64,000 bases of DNA from Octopus sinensis. Its lineage: Eukaryota. The stretch lies in contig NC_043014.1 of the NCBI RefSeq assembly GCF_006345805.1, forward strand, positions 45,384,001 through 45,448,000, given 5' to 3'. Below the pieces are notes generated by a model. It was not told the DNA's origin and did no database searches. It saw only the letters and a program-made list of their open reading frames with translations. This document shows positions 26,483-37,300 of the stretch, piece by piece (positions within the stretch are counted from its first letter, which is position 1; the number at the start of each line of letters is the position of its first letter). The position numbers were made by a program, and so were the translations under genes.

Positions 26483-26925
26483 ATATGTTTCTTTATTAGC
26501 CACACAGGGCTGAACACAGATGGGACAAATTACAAAGTAGAGCTTTTCTTTTTGGGGAGAAAAAACAAAAAGTGGGGTAGGTTTTCGATCAAAAGGGATC
26601 GTAAAAAGGAAAGAAACCCCCCCAAAAAAACACGATCAATAGGGATCATGTATCACAGAAATGTCATGATGTAAAGTGTAAAGAGGGAAGCAGATAAGGT
26701 TTATCCATGGAAAGAAAAGCCTACGGAAAAGACCATGGTAACCTCGGTCAATAATGTCACACATTTATTTGCAAGTAAGTAACTCTCTGTTTTAAATTTT
26801 TCTGGGTTCATAGTGGCTTTGTCACTCATACTTGCCATCCTTGCTACATTCACCCATCTTTTTTTGAAACATTCGCTTGACAATATTTGCCTCTCTACTC
26901 CCACTTTCCTTTTCAAGTGATTCTC
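26483..26925 (-). mobile_element. L1/Tx1-type LINE 3' end
   Basis: HLKRKVGVERQILSSECFKKRWVNVARMASM resembles Tx1-like ORF2 C-termini; the 3' UTR follows and ends in an aataaagaaac-type end. Confidence 0.6.
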
Positions 26926-27711
26926 ATATTAAGATAGGACATATCGATGTACACCCACGCACATCTAAATATGCAGGATGGTCATGGTTGGACTGCCACG
27001 ACCATCCTGTCACAGCATTCCAGCTATGACCATCCTGTAATATAAACAACAACAAGGAAGAAATGTTATAAAAGTATCTTCTTTCCTTCCCGTAGCTGCT
27101 TACTCATTCCAGATTGGCAATCTACCAAAATGATAAGGTTTCTGCCTGTTTGCCAAAGCAGCCAAAAGTTTACTCCAAAATCACGAAACGGAGCCTTTGT
27201 TTTCACACAGACGGTCTCGACAACTAAATTCCAGTTTGGAAATTTCTGGTAAATCACTTAATCACAAAACTGAATTCAATAACATTTACTCTTTAATCTT
27301 TTACTCTTTTTACATTTTACTCTTGTTTCAGTCATTTGACTGTGGCTATGCTGGAGCACTGCCTTTAATCGAGCAAATCAACCCCAGGACTTATTCTTTG
27401 TAAGCCTAGTATATATATATATATTATATATATATATATATTACATATATACGACAGGCTTCTTTCAGTTTCCGTTTACCAAATCCACTCACAAGGCTTT
27501 GGTCAGCCCAAGGCTATAGTAGAAGACACTTGCTCAAGGTGCCATGCTGGAGCACCGTCTTTAGTCAAGCAAATCAACCCCAGGACTTATTCTTTGTAAG
27601 CCTAGTACTTATTCTATCGGTTTCTTTCGCCGAACTGCTAAGTTACGGGATGCAAACGCACAGACACACAAACATATACACACTCATACATATATATATA
27701 TATATATATAG

Positions 27712-27808
<97 letters not shown>

Positions 27809-28581
27809 GATATGTAGAAAAATACAAACTGAGACAAGAACGCATAAAAACTTAGAAGACGATACAACAAACACAGACAGGACATTCGAAGCCCTCAGTC
27901 TTCAGTCAAGAACCGGATCATCGTAGTAATTTCAGCTGATTAATCTTGAGATTACTAGAACCGGCCAGCCCTCCAGGAAAAACTAAGCAATGAGCATTAG
28001 AAAAACTAAGCTAGGAGCGTAGATTTCCTGGAAGAAGGATCGAATGCATACATACATACATATGACGGGCTTATTTCAGTTTCCGTCTACCAAATCCATT
28101 CACAAGGCTTTGGTCAGCCCAAGGCTATAGTAGAAGACACTTGCCCAAGGTGCCATGCAGTGGGACTGAACCCAGAACCATGTGGTTGGTAAGCAAGCTA
28201 CCTACCACACAGCCACACTTTTTTTCGTGGGATGGTTTAGGAAGAATACAAACTTGTTACCAGTTCAAATATGCTTGAGGTATATATGAATTTGCAAGAA
28301 AGCCATTCACTGTAATTTGTCATGGAGAAAATTTCTGAACACATCAAATGATTTGATTTCAATAAAACTAAGTTTTTTAATCAAGAATTTTGAAGAACAC
28401 AAATTGTGCCCTACTTTCATAAGTGAAAGAAAAAGACATGTTAAATAATATAGTCCAACATACCCTTAAAAAATAGGAGGGGCATGACAGGAATGTCTTT
28501 GATCTTAGGTGTGCTTGCTCAAGGTGGACCAAGCTCCAAACAGCAATAACAACAACAACAACATGAAATCACTACATGATT

Positions 28582-28755
28582 ATAGGCGCAGGAGTGGCTG
28601 TGTGGTAAGTAGCTTGCTAACCAACCACATGGTTCCGGGTTCAGTCCCACTGCATGGCATCTTGGGCAAGTGTCTTCTGCTATAGCCCCGGGCCGACCAA
28701 TGCCTCGTGAGTGGATTTGGTAGACGGAAACTGAAAGAAGCCTGTCGTATATATG

Positions 28756-28786
<31 letters not shown>

Positions 28787-29002
28787 TTGTGTGTCTGTGT
28801 TTGTTCCCCTAGCATTGCTTGACAACAGATGCTGGTGTGTTTATGTCCCCGTCACTTAGCGGTTCGGCTAAAAGAGACCGATAGAATAAGTACTGGGCTT
28901 ACAAAAAGAATAAGTCCCGGGGTCGAGTTGCTCGACTAAAGGCAGTGCTCCAGCATGGCCACAGTCAAATGACTGAAACAAGTAAAAGAGTAAAAGAGTA
29001 AG
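28582..29002 (+). mobile_element. Family A SINE
   Basis: Full-length copy; tatga(t) flanks both ends. Confidence 0.85.
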
Positions 29003-29855
29003 AGTATGATGATAAAATCTTCTGCAGCAACTCTATGGATCTTGCGATGTTTGTTTGTATTTGAAGAATACCAAAACTAAACATGACCGAGATGCTAAAC
29101 CTTATCATTCAGATACTTTTCCTATCAAGGACATCTCAAATACATTAGACAGATTTTCACCCCGCCAAACTTTTAGGATTTGCAGCATGTGGGCCCTGAA
29201 ACCTCAAATGGTAGGAATTTGTTTAAGGGATAATTTAGCTGCTGAATAAACATATTTGGTGAGTGACATTCTAAAAGAAATCTCTCAGATCAAGGAATCG
29301 GACTGTATTTATTGCACTAACATATACAGATAAATAAATATTTATCCTTTTATTTTTATCAGCTGTGAAGTGACACACTGTACATGCTCCCCACAACCCC
29401 CTTTTTTAAAAAAATTTTTTTTAAGGAACAGGGAATTTATATTATTGTTTTATAGATGTTGATGTTGTTTTTGCCTCTACTTTTATTGTTATTTGGGTGT
29501 GAAATTTTAACCCCACAAGTTGAAACTCTGACCCACCCATTTTGTTGGGTTCCTTGTCAAAGTGCTTCCTTCGTTTTGTCTTTGATCTTTTACTTGTTTC
29601 ATTCTTTTGACCACGGCCATACTGGGGCATCACCTTGAAGAATTCTTTTCAGTCGAATAAATCAATCCCAGTACGTTTTTTTTTTTAAAGCCTGGTTCTT
29701 ATTCTGTTGGTCTCATTTGCTGAACTGCTAAGTTAAGGGGATATAAAACATACCAACACCAGCTGTCAAGCAGTAGTGGAGGACAAACACACAAAGGCAC
29801 AGAAAGACACACACACAGACACACACACACACAGACACACACACACACACACACA

Positions 29856-29925
<70 letters not shown>

Positions 29926-30594
29926 GGGTTTCTTTAATTTTCCATCAACCAAATCTACTTACAAGAGTTTGGTTGACCTGAGGCTATAGAAGTAGACACT
30001 TATCCAAAAGTGCAACTCAATGGGACTGAATCCAGAACCATGTCTCTACACAACCTTTGCAAAAGTTAAAGGGCTGGAATTTTAATTCAATTTAATTCCT
30101 TTTCTACTTTTTTTTTTTCAAATTATGAAATTTAAAACAGCAGAAAAAAACTCACAACATATTGAAATTTTGCTTTAATTTTAAAAAATGATTTTAAGGT
30201 TTCAAGTTAAATGGAAATTTAAAAATAAAAAACTTTATTTTTAGATTTCAATTCAAATGAAAATCATATTTTAAAAATTGAATGTAGATTTTTTTTGTAC
30301 CCCACCATCACCTTACCTAATTCCAGTTTGTAATTATGTTTTAGATTTTTAATTATTTTCAATTAAAATTATAAGTGTTGATAATTTTTTTAAAAACCAA
30401 AAATCATAATTTGGATAAAAAAATTGAGGAAACCTTCTGTAAAATATTGGTTTCAAATTTTGGCACAAGTCCAGCAAATCCCCCTACATCCTGTGCTCAA
30501 CTGGTACTTATTTTATCAACCCCAAAAGGATGAAAAACAAAGTTGATCTCGGCAGCATTTGAACTCAGAATGTAAAGCCGAATGAACTACCACT

Positions 30595-30758
30595 AAGCGC
30601 AGGAGTGGCTGTGTGGTAAGTAGCTTGCTTACCAACCTCATGGTTCCAGGTTCAGTCTCACTGCGTGGCACCTTGGGCAAGTATCTTCTACTATAGCCTC
30701 GGGCCGACCAAAGCCTTGTGAGTGGATTTGGTTGACGGAAACTGAAAGAAGCCCGTCG

Positions 30759-30802
<44 letters not shown>

Positions 30803-31075
30803 GGGAAGTTTTATGAAAATAAACAAAAGACGAAGGCAGGTGGAGTACAAACAAACAATTGTAACGTTTGTGTGTCTATGTTTGTCCCCCTAACATCACT
30901 TGACAACCGATGCTGGTGTGTTTACGTCCCTGTCACTTAGCAGTTTGGCAAGAGAGACCGATAGAATAAGCACTAGGCTTACAAAGAATAAGTCCTGGGG
31001 TCGATTTGCTTGACTAAAGGTGGTGCTGCAGCATGGCCACAGTCAAATGACTGAAACAAATAAAAGAATAAAAGA
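30595..31075 (+). mobile_element. Family A SINE with a ~65-bp insert in its (TA)n core
   Basis: The insert at 30800-30863 matches 23790-23860. Confidence 0.8.
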
Positions 31076-31149
31076 AAGCATCTTACCCTTATGCTAACAA
31101 TCCTGCCAGCTGGCTGCCTCAGTCTTTTGTAAAATATTGATAATCTTTT

Positions 31150-31520
31150 CTACTCTAGGCACAAGAACCAAAATTTGGGGGGAGGGGGCTGTTGATTAGA
31201 TCGACTCAGTATGTAACTGGTACTTAATTTATTGACCCCAAAAAGATGAAAGGCAAAGTCGACTTGGGCAGAATTCAAACTCAGAACGTAAAGACAGAAA
31301 TACCTATTTCTTTACTACCCACAAGGGCCTAAACATAGAGAGAACAAACAAGGACAGACAAAGGTATTAAGTCGATTACATCGACCCTAGTGCATAACTG
31401 GTACTTAATTTATTGACCCTGAAAAGATGAAAGGCAAAGTCGACCTCAGCGGAATTTGAACCCAGAACGTAGCGGCAGACGAAATACCGCTAAGCATTTC
31501 GCCCGGTGTGCTAACATGTC
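31150..31520 (-). mobile_element. Family B/C SINE dimer
   Basis: Same junction at 31304/31305. Confidence 0.75.
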
Positions 31521-31881
31521 TGATATTGATAATAAAACTTTGTAAAAATATTAATTTCTTATGCCAAGCACAGGAATGACTCTGTGGTTAAGAACAACTG
31601 CTTGGTTTCAAGTTAAGTCCCACAGCATGACACCTTGAACAAATTTCTGCAACAGTACTGGGTCAGCCAAAACCTTATGAATGGAGTTGATAGACAGAAT
31701 CCGAAAGAAGCTAATCATGTGTGTGTGTGTGTGTGTGTGTGTCTTTGTCTTGACATCAAGCGATAGTTGTAAACGAACGTCACCATTAAACAAGTACTGT
31801 TCCCCATTTCTCGTATTCTGTGAAAATATGTCTAGTCTAGCCATAGGGAGTATTACTTTACATTGAAGCAAGTGGGGTTTG

Positions 31882-32420
31882 GGTTAATGTTCACAACTTG
31901 ACCCAGAAACGAAGATGAAGAATAAAATAGTGCAACGGGTGTAAAAAAATGTGTAGGAAACGAATATGAAGAAAAAAAAAATGTGCACATAGCAACAGGA
32001 GTGTGGAGAGAGGACCTTGGAAAATTCACAAGATCTGAGTTTTTCCCTCATAACTTTTAGGAAAATGGGGGTTTTTTTCAATGAAATTTTATAGAAATAC
32101 TTTTCAAACGGCTTATATTATGATTATAAAGAAATTTGTGGGTAAGATCTTTTCCAAGGGGGTGGGGGAGAGGACTGCGGAAAATTCACAAGATCCTAGT
32201 TATTCCTTAATAGCTTACAGGAAATATGAGGTTTTTTAATGTAAAAATTTCATGTGTCTATATATATATATGATGTGTGTGTAAATATGTGTGTGTGTGT
32301 ATATATTTGTGTGTGTGTATGTATATATATGTGTGTATGTATATGTGTGTGTATATATATGCGTGTGTGTATATGTGTGTATATATATGTGTGTATATAT
32401 ATGTGTGTATATATGTGTGT

Positions 32421-32461
<41 letters not shown>

Positions 32462-32477
32462 TATATATGTATGTATG

Positions 32478-32516
<39 letters not shown>

Positions 32517-32558
32517 GTATATAGATGTATGTATATATGTATATATATAATATATGTA

Positions 32559-32623
<65 letters not shown>

Positions 32624-33280
32624 TAATTTCAAGTGAATGAGAATAACAACGGAAGGGTTAAAAATTTAAAATTATTTGAAGATAAAATGAAACAAAATTG
32701 AAGCCAAAACATTAAAAATTATTGAAAGTGGGTAGAAATAAACACCACGTAGTGTAGTAGAACTACGCTAGGGTATCTGTAGGAAGTTGAATGTGATTTT
32801 GGAATATAGCGAGAAAAAATTCGTATCTTGGGAATCTTCCAAAAGTCCTCTCCCCGCCTCAAGATTTTTCCCCAAAATTTCTTTATAATCGTAATGTATG
32901 CTGTTTAAAAGGTATTTAGACAAAATTTCATTGACCCCCCCCCCCCCATTTTCCTAAAAGTTATGAAGGAAAAACTCGGATCTCATGAATTTTCCAAAGT
33001 CCTCTCCCCACCTCCTTGGAAAAGATTTCCCCCACAAATTTCTTTATAATCGTAATGTATACCGTTTGAAAGGTATTTCTATAAAATTTCCTTGACCCCC
33101 CCCCCCATTTTCCTAAAAGTTACGAGGGAAAAACTCGGATCTTGTGAATTTTCCAAGGTCCGCCAATTTTATTTATTTATTTTTTTTTTTTCATATTCGT
33201 TTCCTACACATTTTTTTTACACCCATTGCACTATTTTTTTTTCTGATTTTCGTTTCCGGGTCAAGTTGTAATCATTAACC
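31882..33280. mobile_element. Foldback-like non-autonomous DNA transposon (long repeat-built TIRs, GG termini, 8-bp TSD)
   Basis: Termini GGTTAATG / CATTAACC. Arms ~31882-32250 and ~32815-33280 are reverse complements built from 155-160-bp subrepeats. Flanks ggggtttg (31874-31881) and ggagtttg (33281-33288) match 7/8. Confidence 0.75.
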
Positions 33281-33509
33281 GGAGTTTGTGGCAGGAAGGG
33301 TATCCAGCTATAGAAAGTCCGCATCAACGAATTCCATTGAAGCACGTAAAAGTGAACGTAAAAACGATGATGATGATGATGATTTTCTGACACGAATCTT
33401 GATTTTTTTTCTTTTTCCTTTTCTAGGTGGGAGCAATAATCGATTACATCATTATCCAGTCAATCGTCTCCGGTAGGGTGAAAGACAAAATTGACGGAAT
33501 TTGTATTCC

Positions 33510-34107
33510 TATTTCTTTACTACCCTTTAGCAAGGGGCTAAACATACAGGGGTCAAACAAGGACAGACAAAGGTATTAAGTCGATTACATCGACCCCAGT
33601 ACGCAACTGGTACTTAATTTATTGACCCCGAAAGGATGAAAGGCAAAGTCGACCTCGGCGGAATTTGAACTCAGAACGTAACGGCAGACGAAATACCTAT
33701 TTCTTTACTGCCCACAAGGGGCTAAACACAGAGGGGACAAACATGGACAGACAAACGGATTAAGTCGATTATATCGACCCCAGTGTGTAACTGGTACTTA
33801 TTTAATCGACCCCGAAAAGATGAAAGCAAAGTCGACCTCGGCAGAATTTGAACTCAGAACGTAACGGCAGACGAAATACCTATTTCTTTACTGCCCACAA
33901 AGGCTACTCACAGAGGGGACAAACAAGGACAGACATAGGTATTAAGTCGATTATATCGACCCCAGTGTGTAACTGGTACTTATTTAATCGACCCCGAAAG
34001 GATGAAAGGCAAAGTCGACCTCGGCGGAATTTGAACTCAGAACGTAGCGGCAGACGAAATACGGCTGCGCATTTCGCCCGGCGTGCTAACGTTTCTGCCA
34101 ACTCGCC
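33510..34107 (-). mobile_element. Head-to-tail trimer of family B SINE (one headed unit plus two headless ~185-bp units)
   Basis: Junctions gaaatacc|tatttc at 33697/33698 and 33880/33881; the head ends ~185 bp upstream of the ZNHIT2 ATG. Confidence 0.85.
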
Positions 34108-34292
34108 ATTCCTGTCGCGATAAGCATTGCATTTGATCCTCCAGAATCGATGACGTTCGGTGAAATTCTTTAAACTTTTACTAGAAACACATGAAAAGAA
34201 AAGAAAAAGGCTTCTAGTCCAAGGGGAGACTATTTCGTGTGAGAGAGAAAGAGTTGACAACAGTTATCGTTCGTGAATTTGCTTGTTTAAAA

Positions 34293-34366
34293 ATGGAGTC
34301 GCCCATGGAAGAAGGCAACGTGGAGAACATTGGTCTTTCGTCACAGAGAAGCAAACCCTGTGTCTT
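34293..34366 (+). CDS. ZNHIT2: ZNHIT2 exon 1 (ATG; MESPMEEGNVENIGLSSQRSKPCV + TT)
   Basis: aaaATGG start context; donor TT|gtaggt. The phase-2 join to exon 2 completes the first CxxC (CVFC) of the zf-HIT. Confidence 0.85.
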
Positions 34367-37300
34367 GTAGGTATATTCCTTGCTCGTATTTTCTACATGC
34401 AATCATTGATCATATATAGGCAACTGTTTCCAATATATATATATTTTATCGTCTGCATTACTATTATATAACATCCGTCTTTTAATTCTACGGAGTTAGC
34501 GAAAGCCGACCTCTACTCCGTGGAACCGCTCCCAATAGCAGTCAAATCTCCCTTAAACCGCGCTCTGGTGTCGTCTAAAAAGTAAAAGGAAGGACATATT
34601 ATACAACGTAGCTCTGTTCTTATCAGATAAAAAATTATAAATGGTAACAACTATTGTTTCGCTCCAGATTGCCATTCACCAAATGAAATGATACAAGCGG
34701 CTGTTTACGAGAAAGTGAAAGTTGATCATTACGTTCAAGGATCGCGTACCGTTCGTTCGATGTTATTGCTGTGGCCATACCGTCTCTGAGGCAGGTTTTC
34801 TATCCTTAAGTTGTAAACCTTCTTTATATGGTTAATGTTTTTGGATGGTAGTAAAGAATCTTAGGGCGCTTTGAGATACTGTCTCTGTCTCTGTGGCGCA
34901 ATCGGTTAGCGCGTTCGGCAGTTAACCGAAAGGTTGGTGGTTCAAGACCACCCAGGGACGATCGAGCGTTTTTCTTCAGGCGTAGGAGTGGCTGTGTGGT
35001 AAGTAGCTTATTTACTAACCACATGGTTCCGGGTTCAGTCCCACTGCGTGGCACCTTGGGTAAGTGTGAACTCTGTAGATATACCTTGCTTTGTTTGTTT
35101 CAGCCTTGACTGAGCAAACATACGATCGAAGTCGTAACCACTTTGCCTTTTACGTAAACAGGAGTGTACCAAGAACATTATCCTAGTGTCGTTCATATTT
35201 AGTGTGATTTGAGGGAGATTTGGCTGTCAGTTTTAGAAGGTCCAGCCCATCGTATCTCACCTTATAATCGTGAGGCAGTATATCAAGTTACTTCTATATT
35301 GTTATCCAGACTTGTCTTGAAATGACCGAAGACTGTTGTGGTGGCCACAGCAGACATATATAATGTAAACACAGAGCAAGAAACGATCGATCTACTCTGT
35401 GTAGTATATACTCTTTACTCTTTTATTTGTTTCAGTCATTTGACTGTGGCCATGCTGGAGCACCGTCTTTAGTCGAGCAAATCGACCCCAGGACTTATTC
35501 TTTGTAAGCATAGTACTTAATTCGACGATCTTTCGGTACAAGTACCATAACTGCCACACATCTGTTTGTTTACATTTGAAGAGGATCGTCACTTTCTGTA
35601 AAGTGTTTTTTTTTAAAATATATATGTGGGGTTAGGGTTGGGGGGGGGCATTCTTTCGATATAACTCAACAAAATCAAAACATTTCACTTCGGATATTTC
35701 CGTGGGTTGTGGAGTATAGATATAACGAAATTATGCGAGCAATGTCTCATTTTAACCCTTTAGTGTTCACATTATTTTGAACTAATCATGCATTATGTTG
35801 TAGCTATGAGATTTTGATGAGGTAACTATTAACTCCCTTTCGTTACCAAACCGGCTCTGGCCCTGAGTACAAACGTCTCATTTTCATAAGTTTTCAATTA
35901 AAATCTTCCACCAAACTTTAGTCACAATTTATGTCCCTAACACTAGCTGAATGATAACTAAGTTATTTTACTAAATTCTTTGTTATATTTAAAGTAATTA
36001 AAAGAAACACAGAACATCTCAAAATAAATACAGTAATAAAAGGGTTAAAATGATATTGTAGGGTTGGTGTGAGAGACCAGATTTGGCCAGTTTGAACATA
36101 AAACAGGCAGAGTACTTTTGGCCGGATATGACCAGTTTAAATGCTAAAGGGTTAAACTCAAAGAAAAAAAGCCTTGCATATTTGTTCTTACCCGTTTCAT
36201 GTGTGTATGTAAAATCTGCAAATTTCCAAGCAGAAAACAGAATCGAACTGTCATTTGTTTCCACGGAAACACCCGAAGTGAAGCGTTTTGATTTTGTCGA
36301 GTTATATCGAAAGAATGCCAAGAAACGGAGGTCCCTTCAAATGTTATGATTATATAGAGCTGAACGCAGTTACTTAATCTTTTATTTGTTTCAGTCATTG
36401 GACTGCGGCCTTTCTGAGACATCGCCTTGAAGGGTTTTGTCGAACAAACGATCCCAGTACTTATTTTTAAGTCTCATACTTATTCTGTTGGTCTCTTTTA
36501 CCAAATTGACGTAAACAAACCAACAAACACAAAGACATCCGCTCGCGTATGACCGGCTTCTCCTCAAATTAGTGTCCGTTGATTGTGTGTGACCATCGAT
36601 TCAATCATGTAGGAGTGGCTGTGTGGTAAGTAGCTTGCTAACCAACCACATTGTTCCGGGTTCAGTCCCACTGCGTGGCATCTTGGGCAAGTGTCTTCTG
36701 CTATAGCCCCGGGCCGACCAAAGCCTTGTGAGTGGATTTGGTAGACAGAAACTGAAAGAAGCCTGTCGTATATATGTATATATATATGTGTGTGTTTGTG
36801 TGTCTGTGTTTGTCCCCCTAGCATTGCTTGACAACCGATGCTGGTGTGTTTATGCCCCCGTTACTTAGCGGTTCAGCAAAAGAGACCGATAGAATAAGTA
36901 CTGGGCTTACAAAAAGAATAAGTCCCGGGGTCGAGTTGCTCGATTAAAGGCAGTGCTCCAGCATGGCCACAGTCAGATGACTGAAACAAGTAAAAGAGAG
37001 TAAAGAGTACTCATCACATAGATGTATACACCATCAGCTACACATATTCATCAACCTTAACCCTTTAGTGTTCTGATTATTCAATCAAACATAATGCTTA
37101 TTGATTCCCATTGATTTCAATTAATCATGCATTATCTCATATCTTCAAGATCTTGATGGTGTAATTACCTAATGTAGAATAACATTGTAGGGTAGGTGTG
37201 AGAGCCTGGATCTGGTCAGTTTGAACATAAAACAGATTAAATATTTTGGCCGGATATGGCCAGTTTAAATACTAAAGGGTTAAAAAATAGTCACCATATA

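Noticed and set aside
33-32636. Dozens of ORFs rich in YI/CV/TH/MYVC dipeptides (e.g. 33..293, 6332..6721, 13172..13687, 13933..14592, 19044..19499)
   Set aside because: They are translations of (TA)n, (TG)n and (CATA)n microsatellites, which lack stops by construction; no coding signal.
36083-36349. 88-aa ORF as a possible alternative first exon of ZNHIT2
   Set aside because: Its first third is MITE sequence, I found no convincing in-phase splice sites or similarity, and exon 1 at 34293 already supplies the missing Cys of the zf-HIT.
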